A DNA stretch of 64,000 nt from Gordius albopunctatus (taxonomy: Eukaryota): NCBI GenBank assembly GCA_964276515.1, contig OZ193909.1, forward strand, positions 15,624,001 through 15,688,000, in the 5' to 3' direction. Below, in pieces: positions 1 to 13,070 of this stretch. The translations under genes were made by a program, and so were the position numbers. Position 1 is the stretch's first letter. Every line of letters starts with the position of its first letter. Below the pieces are notes generated by a model, which saw nothing but the letters and a program-made list of their open reading frames with translations, did not search any database and was not told where the DNA came from.

Positions 1-900
1 GAACTTTCAAATAAAATTGGGTCTATGCCGTCGAGACCACCTGCAGAATCCATAGGAAAGGATAAGATTTTCGGATGTCTGATGACTTAAAGACAATAAC
101 TGAAGGTTTCGAGGCGATAGGTAAGTTGAACATAGGCTTTGGGAATGCTTGGAACAATTTCTTTATGTGATTTTTGTGAAAGACTCAAAAATGAATTATC
201 TTCTTCAAGGTATTTAATTGCACTTTTTATGTTAAATGAATGCATTTTTTAGTTATATTAGCTTTTTTTTATGGGTTAATATTTGGGATTCTATGTTATA
301 TGCTCCTAAAGGGTTGTTTTGACTGTCAAAGTTTAAAACTGATTGTTCAATATTAATTTGCTTCTTTGTCCTGAGGAATTGATGAAATGTAAAAAGAAAA
401 TTTAAATAATTTCTCCCAATAGGATATATTATGAGAAAGATAAATAATATTGTTGAATAAGTTTATTAAAAACAGTTACTTGCACGCATGGGCCCCCGTG
501 GAATTCTGGATATGGTTGTTGGAAATGCTTGAGATAAAAAAGCTTAACTCCATCATTTTTTAATTGTGGTTTAGTAGGTCTGATGAGTGTTGTATATTGA
601 ATGAAGAGATCCGGGAGAAGGGTGTATATGTGAATGGGGAGTTTCGGGAGAAGGGGACGATTAAAATTAGACAGATGTGGAAATGTAATAACAAGGAGGA
701 GATACGATGATTGCCGATTTACAAAGATAATCAACGAAATGACATAGGAAGAGAAGCCATGAGTGATGGAAAACATTTGTACCCAGAAGAAAAAGAACCT
801 GTGAAGATATTGAGAAGAGAGATTGTTGAATCGTTATGTTTTTTACGTCCCACGCAAGATTTGTTATGTGGTTTCGATATCCCAAATAAAATTCGGGCTT
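1..900 (-). mobile_element. Degenerate CRE-like non-LTR retrotransposon, 5' part, runs off the window edge
   Basis: Minus-strand fragments SFPMDSAGGLDG (about 25-62) and TISRIPRG (about 492-517) match SFPLDSAAGLDG and TISRIPRGAR of the element at 1689-6821; many frameshifts. Boundaries approximate. Confidence 0.6.
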
Positions 901-2990
901 GAGAATGAATATAATAAACTTATATAACATTGGCGCCCAACTAAAAAAGAAGCCCCCCCCCCCTTTATTCGAATTACTCAATATTTTACAAAGTGATTGC
1001 GATTCAGCTGAAACACGTATAAGTTTTTAAGATGATAAAACCATTTTAGAAATTCCGCAATATAAATTGCCTATAGATGGCGCTAATTAGAGTATACCTT
1101 TAAGTTAATTGCGGCACTCTAAAATGGGTTATTTTTATCTTCTTAAAGATATTAACAAACCCACAATTTATTAATTTATTTCGCGTATAAGTTTATGTTT
1201 AAAATTATTTGTTTTTTTAATATCAGTTTTTATAATTTTAAATTTTGGTGAGCTTACTTGCAATTGTATATTAAACAGGTATTAATGCCGGTGTAACGTA
1301 CGAAAATAACGAACGTTAGAAAATGGCAAATGTCAATTCTGAATTGTGTTAATTTTTTTTTAATTTTTATTCAATATTATTTTAAATTATAAAATACCAT
1401 TTTCCAAGCGTTGTGACGCATGCCTTGAAGATAGGCGCAGGACTAGAGATTGGGCAGCGAAATGCTATAAATGGGGGGAGAGCGGAAATGAAAGGCGTTC
1501 ATGTCCGAAAAATAATTATGCCAGGAAGATGATAGGGCGGGGGAATGTCCGAGGCGAGTCCTGGCACGACTATTAAGGATTAAAGCAGTTATTCTTTCTC
1601 ATCTCCTATATTACAAATTAGTTGCATGCTGTTTGATTATTTATGTTTAGGATGTATAAATTTCTAATATGATTATATATATATATATTTTTTTCTTTGG
1701 TTAAAAAGTTTATTTTCACGAAAAAAAGTTACATAAATAAGCGAAATACAAAGATAAAGACATATTGGTTGAATACAAAGATCTATATCATTATCTTCTA
1801 AAATGGGCCATGAGGCGGCAAAGGATTTAAAGTTGTATCGTGCTACAAGAATCCCTAGTTGTTGCGTGAGTAAAAAGGACGCAGAAATTTTTTGATTTCG
1901 GGGTGCGTTTTCCGATTTATTTAAAAAAATCCATTCCCTGTTTGCCAAAGGAACCGGAGCACGAGGCAACGACAGGGATAAAAATATTGGATGCCAAAAG
2001 GGCAGAATATTCTGTAGTTTTACGCCCTTCTTCTGTAGCGATAGGGTCGTAATTAAAATGGGAAGGGGAAAAAAGGTCAATACAAGTCCCATTTGAGGGA
2101 TAGGCCATTTTGCCAGGGTACTAGAGAAGAGCCGTCAGGGCGCATCCTACCTTCAAGAGAGGGATCTGACGGCTGAAGTATTGAGGGGATTTTTGCCTTT
2201 TTAAGGGCAGATTGAATTAATAAATTAGCTTTAGTGTGCCTAACAAATTTATATTTGTTTGCTAGGCAGTGTAGAGGGTGCCTAGCATATTCGTCTATAA
2301 CGGTAAGACAATTTTGACAGTTGCCTTAAAGCTATGGAATATGATAGCTCAAAGTCTTCAAGCAGCATTACCAAATGTTTGCTGGGATAGGCTTCAAGCC
2401 ACTCGTGACCGGAAGCGTCAAAAGCGAGGGACCTAAGGTTGCAATGCTGGCTATCATCGCTGCTCGATAAAAGGTAATCAACGGAGCGCGATACTAGTCC
2501 ACAATCCCAATCCTTTTGTCTCATATTTGAGGTTGAATGATCTCGGGTGTGACATTCAAATTCTAAAGCTCCAAGGCTTGAGTTAGCAGAGGGTCGCAAA
2601 CGGAATCATGTTTTGTGAGATTAAAAATTAAGTTTTGGACCGACTTAAAAGAGGAAATAAAAGCGGCTAGCGATATGCTGCCGGGTAGAGATGTTAAAAT
2701 GCTTATATGCTACATGCTCAACCCTGGTAATAGGCACTTATCTCCTACCATTCCCATCTAGCATAAGGAGCAGTTACTAGCACCAGCAAATTGAAGCTGC
2801 TGATGGGTTCTGGATGGTTTTCAGCAGATTTTATTATAGCTTACTAGCTGAGCAGACAATTGGCATATAATGCTAATACAAACACAATTTTCATATTTAT
2901 ACATAATTGCTTATCAATTTTATTTGAATTTTTAATAATAGATCAATACATTGAGATGTTATGATATTATATATAATAAAATAAAAATAT

Positions 2991-3370
2991 TTATTTTGCG
3001 GTTTACCTTAGTCACATTTGTTATATATTTCATTTTTAAAGCTAGAGAGAAAATTCAAACGAAAATTGGTAGGTTAGGGTGTCATAAAGTTAGTAAAAAT
3101 TAAAAAAATAGTTTTGCGGTTTTAATATGGTGACAATTGTCATAATTGTCATTTTTAAAGCTAGCGAGAAAATTCAAACGAAAATTGGTATGTTAGGGTG
3201 TCATAAAGTTAGTAAAAATTAAAAAAAATAGTTTTGCGGTTTTACTATGGTGACAATTGTCATAATTATCATTTTTAAAGCTAGAGAGATAATTCAAACG
3301 AAAATTGGTAGGGTGTCATAAAGTTAGTAAAAATTAAAAAAAATAGTTTTGCGGTTTTACCTTGGCGACA
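2991..3370. repeat. About 120-bp tandem repeat, about 3 copies, replacing part of the CRE-like element
   Basis: Unit atttttaaagctagagagaaaattcaaacgaaaattggt...gttttgcggtttt recurs at about 3033, 3151 and 3271. Confidence 0.85.
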
Positions 3371-4562
3371 GGCAAATAATTTTAACAAAAATTAGTGCTG
3401 ATCTCCTCCGGGCGGCCACATAGGGTGGCGTCGTCGAGATACCAAACATTTAAATCCAGGATACACTGAGATGATATAGCCTCGACTAAATTATGAATGG
3501 CTAAACAAAACAAAGGAGGGCCTAATGGGTCTCCTTGTTGGATGCCTTCGGACGAGTCAATGACGTATTCGCCGAATCGAAGCTTGGTTGTAGAACCATA
3601 GCTTAATAAAATGTAATTTAGGAATTGTGGGTTTCTCTTCGAATGCAGTTAAAAGCATTGGCAAAATCTAATTTAACAAAGCAGGACTCGGTGGGAATAT
3701 TTTGGAGTGTGATCCGGCCAGGATGGCTGGCTGCCTCACATCCGCCTTTAATTCCGAAGCCGAGTTGATGAGGGCGGAGCTTGGCGGATAAGGAGGGTTT
3801 TATAAGTTTGCAGAGGGTTTTTGATATAATACGGCGAAAAAGACTTCCAATGGCGATGGGTCTAACTGAATTATCCGGTTTTTTGATGGCGATAAGTTTT
3901 GCACCGAATAAAATAGGGATGATTTCATGAGTAAATTTTCCGTTAACAATGATATTACAAAAGGAAGTAATAGAATTTAAAAGAGGTTCAGTATTTAAGT
4001 TATTCAGGTTGAGTAAATCTTGTAGATATACTGGGCGCCATCCGTCGAGTCCGGCTGCGGAGTCCAAAGGAAAGGAGTTAAGGGCTTCACGGATGTCTGA
4101 AGACTCGAGCACTATTGATGATGGAGATGTGGGGTATCTACTGGCTGATGATGCTGCTGGGTGTTTTTGATTAAGCTCCCTATAAGAGTCAGGACAACAA
4201 GGGGCAATTGAGTTGTTATCATAAAAAGCTCTAAGGGCACTTTTTGGGTTGAAATTATGGATTTTATTTGAAATGTGCTTGGCTGTTTGGTTAATTGTAA
4301 ATTCCAGTGGAAAGGGTTTTGTTTTACTTGTGCATGTAATGGGATCATCAGTATTAAAACACAGAAGGGATTCCTTGATGAGACTTGATAAATTATGTAC
4401 ATTAGGTTACCTAACATAAAGGATATTATAATATGGAAATTTAAAAAGTTTGTCCCAATTAGTTAAGTTATAAGGGTTTTTGATAATAGAAGTGAATATA
4501 TTTAGCAAAGATTGTTGGATGGAAGGTCTGGCTCCTCTTGGGATTCTAGAGATAGTATTTGG

Positions 4563-6265
4563 CCAGTGGCGTAAATACGGGTTTTTATGGGAAAAAAATT
4601 ATTTTAGATCTAATGTTTATATTTTATAGTTGTGCAACGTAACTGACCAAGTAAGACACTTATTAATTGCTATGCAATGCAATTTATTAAACATATACCG
4701 ATGTATACTTTTTTTCATTTTTGAATCAAATTTCGACAAAAAGACTATTAACTATTATTGTTGTTTTCCTTTTGCGATATGAAACGGAAGCGGAACCTTA
4801 TATACGATAATTTTCCCATCAAATCATCCGACCCTTACCCTTCCACATCTAGTAATTTGTTATAATATTAAATTGCATTATTTTTCTAATAAGCGATATC
4901 AATATAATGCTTTTTTTCATTACTACAGTTCAATATGCATTTTTTAGTAACTTATAATAAGTTTTATCTTTTATCTGCAAAATATTTCTAGTTTTTATTG
5001 ATAATTTTTTAAGCTAGAGATTGTTTTAGATGATCTTCCATACAATAATTTCTACACCAAAGACTTTATAATTTATCAACGGCGTCCAGGGCTATATTTT
5101 GAAAACATACCCAACAGCATTGTATGTACATTGCATGCGCTTCACATTTATTAAATTTGGCACTTTCAGATGCCTGTACCCTTCCTATTATACGGAATTG
5201 CATGGGTATTGTTTCCAAAGTATCTGATTTTTTTAAATATTCTAAACGTCATGAAGTTTTAATTGAAATGTTGTCAAAAATGGAAGATAAACCCAATATA
5301 GAGAAATTAAAGCAAGTGTGTGTTACCCGTTTGGCATCACGGCACGAAGCTGTTTCCACACATATTTTGCCTCAAGATGCCATATATCCAGCATTGGAAA
5401 AGATATCTACATGGTATGATCACGATGTTGCAACAGAAGCTGCCACTTTGCTCACTGCATTACGACAATGTGAATATATTATTTCCCTTCTATGCCTAAA
5501 TAAACTCTTTGCTTATACGTCCATATTATGCAAGCGAAGCTTTAGTAAATCAAATGAAATTAATAAGAAACAATGTTGATGAAGAGTTTCGGGAAATTTT
5601 TTAGCAGCCGAAGCTAAGGCTAAGTTGTACGATTTTGACCAGAAACCTCGATATGCAAAGAAACAAACTTTTCGAAGTAATATTTTAACTAAATCCATTG
5701 AGGATTATTACAGAATCACTATTTTTATACCTTTGCTCGATATGTTCATTCTACAAATTAATGAACGGTTTGTGGACAAGAAACAAGTTTTGGCAAATTT
5801 CCAAATATTATTTCCTTCGAATTCTTTGATTGTTTCGCCAGAAACGCGGATGAAAATAAACTTTCTATGGGAGTTTTATTCCAATGATTTTAAGGAGACA
5901 AACGAAGACCTTAAATCAGAATTTGATAGTATATGGTATATGGCGTTGTCTCAGACGTCAGAAGAATTTCGTCCAAAGAATCCCATGGACGCCCTATCAG
6001 GTTATAAAATATTGGAATCTTTACCCAACATCACAACTCTTCTTTACCTATTAGCTTGTCTTCCTACCACTACATGCACCAATGAAAGATGTTTCTCAAC
6101 GTTGAGGAGTCTTAAAACGTATATAAGAAATACTATGTCGAAAAATAGATTAAATGTATTGGCCCTTTTAACGATTCATCGGGAATTAGCTCCCAATCCA
6201 GATGAAGTTCTTGAGATATTTTCGCTGGGAAAAAGAAAATATAAAATTATTTTATTACGCGCCTG
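4563..6265 (+). mobile_element. hAT DNA transposon (ZMYM1/P52rIPK-type transposase, frameshifted) inserted into the CRE-like element
   Basis: ORFs 5124-5579 (CASHLLNL, TRLASRH) and 5625-6272 (C-terminal dimerization motif TCTNERCFSTLRSLKTYIRNTM..RLNVLALL); ends CAGTGGCGTA / TACGCGCCTG; 8-bp TSD gtatttgg / gtattagg. Confidence 0.85.
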
Positions 6266-6835
6266 GTATTAGGAAATGGATTTGTTAAAAAGAATTGCTC
6301 CAAGATGAGTCAGGCGGTTGATTAATTGATGGGGAGCATTGTAAGGATGGGGGGATGACGGGGCTAGGGATTGGCAATAGGGGAGCCTCTTCAAAGTTAG
6401 AAGCCAGGGGTGGAATTGGTAGGCAGGGTGGAGGTAATTTGCCTGAAGATGGGCATCTTGAAGACACTGGGCCATGAATCCAGAAACAATTGTGTTTATC
6501 AAGGCATATTCTTCGCTTACAAGTTGGGCATAGGGGTTTAGAGGTTAACATACGTGGAATAAAAAAAACCTTGATGAGGTTGAACAATTAAAATTAAAGT
6601 TGGGATTATTTTAAATTTTAAAGCTGTATGATTATATATATTGTGTGAAGCTTGGAGTTGCGTTTATATTGTAAGATTGGAAGAAATATGGTAAATTAGG
6701 AATTCATGTAGTTATGGCGATTGCATATATGAAAGGGGGAGTGGGGGCTAATGTACTCCGTTTTCCAACCATAGTGGGAGGAATTTTGATAAGGGAAAGG
6801 GGTTCACGTAAACGCGTATAATCTATATATATATA

Positions 6836-7330
6836 TCTAATATATAAAATTCCCGTGTCACGGTGTTTGTTGCTAAACTCCTCCTAAACGGCTGGACCGA
6901 TTTTTATGAAAATTTCTGCGAATATTTGGTAGGTCTGAGAATAGGTTTTAAACTATATTCCAAATTTCTAAGTCACAAGACGGTCAGGTTATTTAGTCTT
7001 ATACGTTTTGACGTTTAGTAAAATGTCACTCAAACGCCACCTCATGACGTATACTACGTATGCGTATCTATCGTGTTGTCAATGTATTCTTCCGCAAACA
7101 GATATTTTTTTAGAGAATTGAAACACAAGACATACAAATTTAAAGACTAAATTGAAACAAAAACAGAGAAATATTGAGTAAAATTAAATATAAAACATAA
7201 AATTATATACATTTGTAGAACATTTAAAATAATTTTAAAGATACATATTTTTCACGTCAATTATTATTATTATAGGACGGTCGTGTCCCCTCCTGCGTGG
7301 CTATTTTTGCGCGTTAAATAAGGAGAAAAA
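6836..7330 (+). mobile_element. Non-autonomous Helitron-like element, family B, 5' portion
   Basis: Starts A|TCTAATATATAAAAT...tgtttgt...aaacggctggaccgattt; 7251-7325 recurs inverted at about 43560-43672, upstream of a hairpin+CTAG end at 43239. Confidence 0.55.
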
Positions 7331-7859
7331 TGAAAATACTTTTAACAAAGTGCCAATAAATGTTGATATATCTCAGTTCTTCGGACCTCTAAGAAGGACT
7401 CCGCCCCTAACTCCTACCGGTTGCTTTAAGCTTTTATGAATTATCTGAGTACACTGATAGCTTATTGACCAAAGTAAGGTTTGTGGGCAATGCTTTTTTA
7501 CGACCCCTCATAATATCTCAGTTTTTAATGCTGTATATCTAGGCATATTTTAAACAAAAAGGAGGATTTGCTTAGGAAGTTAGGGAATATTCGCATGTTT
7601 CGGAAATAAGCGAGATTAATGATGTTGCTCCAGGCTCGATTCGGGGCAAAAAAAATGTATTTTCGCCTCGGGCCGTACTACTCATACAAATTAACGTAAG
7701 ACAGTGGTCATTTTATGGATCATCTTAAACCTGGACTGTGGGTTATTAAAATAACTAAATAAAGATGGAATACATGTGAACAACAAAGTGAGTTTGAAAA
7801 AACCTTATTTTTTGTCGAACTTGACATTATGATAATAAATTATTTAAGGAATTAAAAAT

Positions 7860-8237
7860 TGATTATTAAGCATCCGCATTAAACACCTGGGAAGGGTGAC
7901 TTATAAAAGCCACAGAGATGAGAATTCTGCGGTGAAGCTTGGTGTAAACTAAGCTCGACCATATGACGAATGACTTTCTCATGACAAAAATGAATATTCA
8001 ACCTATGGCGGACATGATTAACGAAAATCGGTTAAGGTGGTATGAAAAAGTACTCGACATGGAGGTGCCGGACAAGAGAGTAAGAGGACGACCCCGTGTC
8101 ACATGGAACGGGCAAGGCGATAAAGTTATGAAAACTAAAGAATAGTCAAGACATGGCACTCACCCGGTCAAGATGCAAGAAACTTAAAAACAAACCCCAC
8201 GACTGTGGGACCAAATAACTGATAAAGAAGAAGAAGA
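7860..8237 (+). mobile_element. RTE-like LINE 3' fragment
   Basis: ORF 7963-8145 with RLRWY..VL....GRPRVTW, typical of RTE-type C-termini; short 3' UTR ending in (GAA)n at about 8226-8237. Confidence 0.7.
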
Positions 8238-8455
8238 TTCAAACAAAGGGCTTCACCCCTGTACCCCGGTTGGGGCTGCCCCTCTAAACCTTACTCAAGG
8301 GGCTCTGCCCCTTAAACCCCTGTCTACTTGCTGTCTTTGTGTGGCCTCATTAGGCTCTTCTTCGTATAGGAGCATTGATTTCCTATACAATTTAAGCAAT
8401 AGTAAAAATTAACGGAGGGCAAATTGAGGGTAGAGGGTCGGGCTACGTCTATAAT

Positions 8456-9300
8456 GGTAGGGGAGACCGGGGCTATCGTGGCCATAAAAAATCAAACAGG
8501 TCTGGACAAAAATTTTCAACCAATTTTTATATAATTTTTTCAAAAAAAATGTTCTTGTCCACAATGTTTATTATAGGAAAAAATATTATGGCAATACAGC
8601 TAATAGATTTTTTATAGGAAGGTTTCAAAAAAAAAAGACAACTCGTATAACTTCGAAAAATTACCGGGGTTAAGGTGACCTTCAAAAGGGGCTAAGGTGT
8701 CCTCTATAATTTAAAGTTTAAATAGTATAAATAACTTATGTGATGTGCTTAAATATTAAAAGTTTGTCTTTTGTAGTATATCAAGTATCATATAATAATT
8801 TATCTTTCATAACATATATAGTTTCATACAAAAATTTATAATTGCTATAATATTATAAGTTTGTTTTTTAAAGCTATAAAGTTTCATATAATAAATTATA
8901 AAATAGCTATTTATAATATTCCTAGATATTAAAAGTTTGTCTTTTATAGCTTATAAAGTTTCATATGATATTTTATAATATTGTTAAATAGTAAGTTTGT
9001 CTTTTATAGCTTATAAAGCTTCATAAACAGAATATAAAGTAAATGTGTTTTTACAGAGATTATTAAGTTGAAATCATTGATTTTAATGTTTTATTAATAT
9101 AAAAGTGTCACATAAACTTGACAATCATGAAATAGAATTAAAGTTTAAATTAATTGCATACTGGAGTCCTTAATAAAATCAGGTCTTTTAATAAAAGTTG
9201 AAAACCAATCAGCACCTGCTTATTCATATTCTACCCATGAATTAGGCATTGATAAATTAAACTGTAAATGATATAGACTAAGTGCATGGCATAAATTGCA
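8456..9300 (-). mobile_element. pogo/Tigger-like DNA transposon remnant
   Basis: Minus-strand 9160-9240 reads SWVEYE*AGADWFSTFIKRP then (frameshift) LLRTP, the AGxDW..F.KR..L..R.P motif of CENP-B-like HTH transposases; TIR-like GGTAGGGGAGACCGGGGC at 8456; about 60-bp AT-rich tandem repeats at 8755-9030. Confidence 0.6.
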
Positions 9301-10120
9301 TGATAAGATTTTTTAATAAGATATTTATAAATAATGTTGTTTAATAACATTAACAAAAGAATAATAAACACAAATCAATAAATTAAAATAAAAAGGAAAC
9401 ATTGTTTGAAATAACAAACATCGCTTAGATAATAATTTTAAAATTTAAATAAAACATCACAACAAATATTTGATGATCTAGATTTTTTTGCAATTGTTAT
9501 AATTTTTAAAAGAGTAAAAAATGAAGGAAGACTTTTTGTATTTCACAGTTATTAAATTTTCTCTTTTGAATAATAATAATTTTGACAAACATTTATCTTT
9601 AAAATTAAACGCTCATTTATATAAAATAATTTTTATTAAAATGCTCTTGCCCATTACAACTTATGAGCAATTTTTTCGTTAAAATAAGGGGAGGAAATGT
9701 TGATTTTGGATATTATAGATTTGTATATCGACGGTGGTGGCTACGCCCATGTGCATGCACCACACATGACAATACAATAACGCCAAAGGCCAAAGTTCTA
9801 GTGAAAATTTTCACCCAACAAAGATAAACACCAACGCTTTATGCTACGTGAGGCATTTCTTTATGTGCTTTAGTTACATGAGCCTTACCAACACAATAAA
9901 ATAGTATATTGCTTTACTCTTAGTTTCTAAAATAAAACAACATATAGATGCTAACAACGTTGATTTTTATTAAAACTCCGAATGAATGTTATTATTGCTA
10001 ACTTGTAGTATTAATTGAACAAATATTATTATTATTTAGATAAAAATCATTTTTTCAAATTATATTACCATTAATCTATGAAAAATTATGGAAATGCTAG
10101 ATTACAAGGATAATATATTA

Positions 10121-10160
10121 AATTACCATAGAAGATCATAATTTTAGTGGTATATAAAAA
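10121..10160 (+). promoter_or_regulatory. Putative snRNA promoter: PSE-like element plus TATA box
   Basis: TTACCATAGAAGAT at about -57 and TATATAAAAA at -29 to -20 relative to U2 +1 (10180); identical upstream of the second copy (51182-51221). Confidence 0.55.
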
Positions 10161-10179
10161 GGGGACTTTTTAGATATGT

Positions 10180-10364
10180 ATCGCTTCTCGGCTTTTATAG
10201 CTAAGATCAAGTGTATAGTTCTGTTCTTATCAGTTTAATCTCTGGTAGTTCCTCATTGAGGAACCAGAAATTATCTCTATTTTTAGGCTTTTGGAAGGAG
10301 CTCTGAGCTTGCTCATCTCCTTCTACGGGTCAACCTGGTATTGCACTATATCCAGGTTTGGCCC
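10180..10364 (+). ncRNA. U2: U2 spliceosomal snRNA (variant branch-point recognition sequence)
   Basis: ATCGCTTCTCGGC...GCTAAGATCAAGTGT...CTGTTCTTATCAGTTTAAT; stems IIa and IIb (GTTCCTC-ATT-GAGGAAC); Sm site ATTTTTAG at 10279-10286; stem III; stem-loop IV with ATTGCAC loop. Confidence 0.95.
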
Positions 10365-10655
10365 TAAATTATTCAAATAAATCATATTTAACAACTATAA
10401 ATTGCAATCATTATTATAATCACATATAAACAATAAGTAAATTAATTTCCTTCAGTTTTAAATTAATAAAATTTTGTAGCTTTTTTTGTGCAATAAGAAC
10501 TTTAGACTCCGATTGAGGCCTTGAAAAATTTAATGTTATTGCTAATCTCACAATATGATATTATAAATTAGAAAGTATTTTATAAATATTGGCCATCATC
10601 AGGAATAAATTCTAATATATAAAACATAAGGCCATAAACAATATACAAAAACTAA

Positions 10656-11365
10656 TCTATATATATAAAGTAAAGTCTATGTATTTATATGTATGTATGT
10701 AAGGGCTAAATTCTGAAACTACCGGCCCGATTCGCGCGAAAATTAAACCGTAGGTTCCCAGAGCGGTCAGGGGTAAAATAGCCTTTTCAGAATCCTAAAA
10801 TTCTTTTTAGTTTTAAAAATATGGGCCTTTTAGTTTTAAAAAATGGTTTAATTCTAAAAATACCGGCACGATTCGCGCGAAAATTTAGCCGTAGATGCCC
10901 AGGGATGCCAGGGGTAAAATAGCTTTTTCAGATTGCTAAAATACCTTTTCGTTTTAAAAATATCGCACATTTCGCGGCCAGTGTAATTTATAGCAGCATA
11001 TAGAATAATGACGTCATACATACAAGGCTGATGTTTTCTCGAATTAGATATTTAAAAGTATAATAAAAATGTTACAGTCTACGGTCAAAATTATTTGTGT
11101 TTAACAAACTATTTAAATTAAATAAATAATATTTAAATTATTATCACGTGGTCGATCATAGAAGCATATTTTTAATAATTATCCATCCTTCAATTAATTA
11201 TTTTATTATATTAAATTCGTGCTCTAAATAAATATTATGGATATTTTATTTATTTGAATTATTATTTCATATATGACCCCATTTTAGATAAGTCTTATTA
11301 ATAGGTTATACTTATTTAACCACTTAAGGACTGAACCAAAGCAACGCTTGGCCGATCACAGCTAG
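10656..11365 (+). mobile_element. Non-autonomous Helitron, family A, complete
   Basis: Inserted at A|T; 5' TCTATATATATAAAG, (GTAT)n, internal tandem duplication; 3' hairpin CCAAAGCAACGCTTGG followed by CTAG. Other copies at 44013-48893 (interrupted) and 52929. Confidence 0.85.
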
Positions 11366-13070
11366 TTTTGAATATAGAGATGAAACAAAAAAACTAAAAT
11401 GATGGACTAGTGTTGTAAAAAACGACTAGGGTTTGTTTGGTCGACCTTTCGTTTTAGTCGACTACACATAAACAGACCGGAGTTTAAATATGCCGTGGCG
11501 ATACAGCCTCAAAAAGGGTTAAGATGCGGACCTTCAACCTGGTTTATCTTAAAAACTGGAAATTCCGGAAAAAAACTAAAAACAGATTCTTTTTCAGGGC
11601 AAACTTTCTAGTAGAAATATTTATGTGATTGTGGGATGGAATCGCAAAGTCAATATTTGTAGACTTGTGTAATCTACGCTATCTGCAAACTGATATAACT
11701 AAGACTTTGTGAATACAATAGAGGTACCCGACATTGAACTTTTATTTATCTCGTAACAATTAAGCATATTTTGAAACTATCTTCTATTTTTATATTTTAA
11801 CAAATTTTTATCTATAACAAGTAAAAGCACAATAAACATTTTATTTTAAAAATCAATTTATTAAATTGTGAAAATATAACAATAAAAAAAAATTAGATTA
11901 TTTATAGTGTTCCAGCTATTTAAACATAAACTATATTTAAAATTAGCAGACGACAATTTGTTCCTTTTATTTGTCAACCTGAACAGGTAATTAATTTTTA
12001 AACTCTTTTATATTTTTAACGCCTAATTATCCTTGTTTCATTTTCGATAAATTAATTGTGTTATTAATGAAACGAATCTAAAATTATCGGGCTTCTCAAA
12101 TTATATTTTAAATAATTTATCTTAACTGCAAAGCAAAGTATTTAATATTGAATTGAAAAATACTTTAATTTTCAACAAATCATTTATCGGAATTTTTATG
12201 GTTTTTCTCATTTAATAATAGCAATTAAATTTATTGTAATCTACGAGATAAATTAAGATTCTGAATTTATAATTTGTTTAAAAATTAAAAGGGCTTAAAA
12301 ATTGTATTTTTTGGACGGGCATAACAAAAACACCAAGCTTGGATTGAGCTCAGCCCAATGAAAAACAATTTTCAGAACTCTAAATTCGCCTACGCCGATG
12401 TTATTAATAACAAATTTAGAACCTTAAATCTTAATCTAAACCTATCAAAAGCATCTAATGCTGCCAAGTTGAAAAGGGGAAACAACATGAGGAATTTCGT
12501 GTTAGTTTTAAAAGTGGGTATTTATTATCGAGATAATTTGTTTTTTTTTTAAATTATTATTAGAACAAATAAAGGACAATTACAACGTGAGACGTTACAA
12601 CTTTTTAATACCAAATTAGCTTTATATAATCTCATCCTCTTTACATCAGCCTCAATAGAATTAAATCTAAATTTAACTGGACTAACTCACATGGATGCTA
12701 CATTATGTAAATAGGTCTTAAATCAAATTTCAAAAAAAATATTCCTATAAATTTTTTTGTTATTTGAAGAAAAAATTTAAAAACCGCAAAAAAATCCTGC
12801 TTACGCCCCGGTCTGCTACTACCTTCTTATAATAATTTAAAATATTAAGATAAATTAAATTCAAAGAAAAATTTAATTTTTCCTAGTGACCAATCCCCTC
12901 CCCCCTAAACTCGTCGGTCGCCCAAAATTCAAAAGTTTGGAAACAAAATCCATTTATATTCATTTTCCTTCTATTCGTATTTTAGACATTTATTTAATAT
13001 TTGAGAAATTAAAACTATATAATAATATTTTTTTATATAATAGATTAACAATTAATTTATTAAAAACCAA

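Larger units (their letters stand above)
1689..6821 (-). mobile_element. CRE-clade-like (restriction-like endonuclease) non-LTR retrotransposon, degenerate, interrupted by two insertions
   Basis: N-terminal CPTC..H..C motif (6285-6587); RT motifs SAAGLDG, RPIAIG, LDFANAFN, GIQQGDPLGP, WYLDD (about 3400-4112); C-terminal HPLHC and RPDG..W..D endonuclease region (1790-2600); A-rich 3' end near 1689. Confidence 0.85.
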
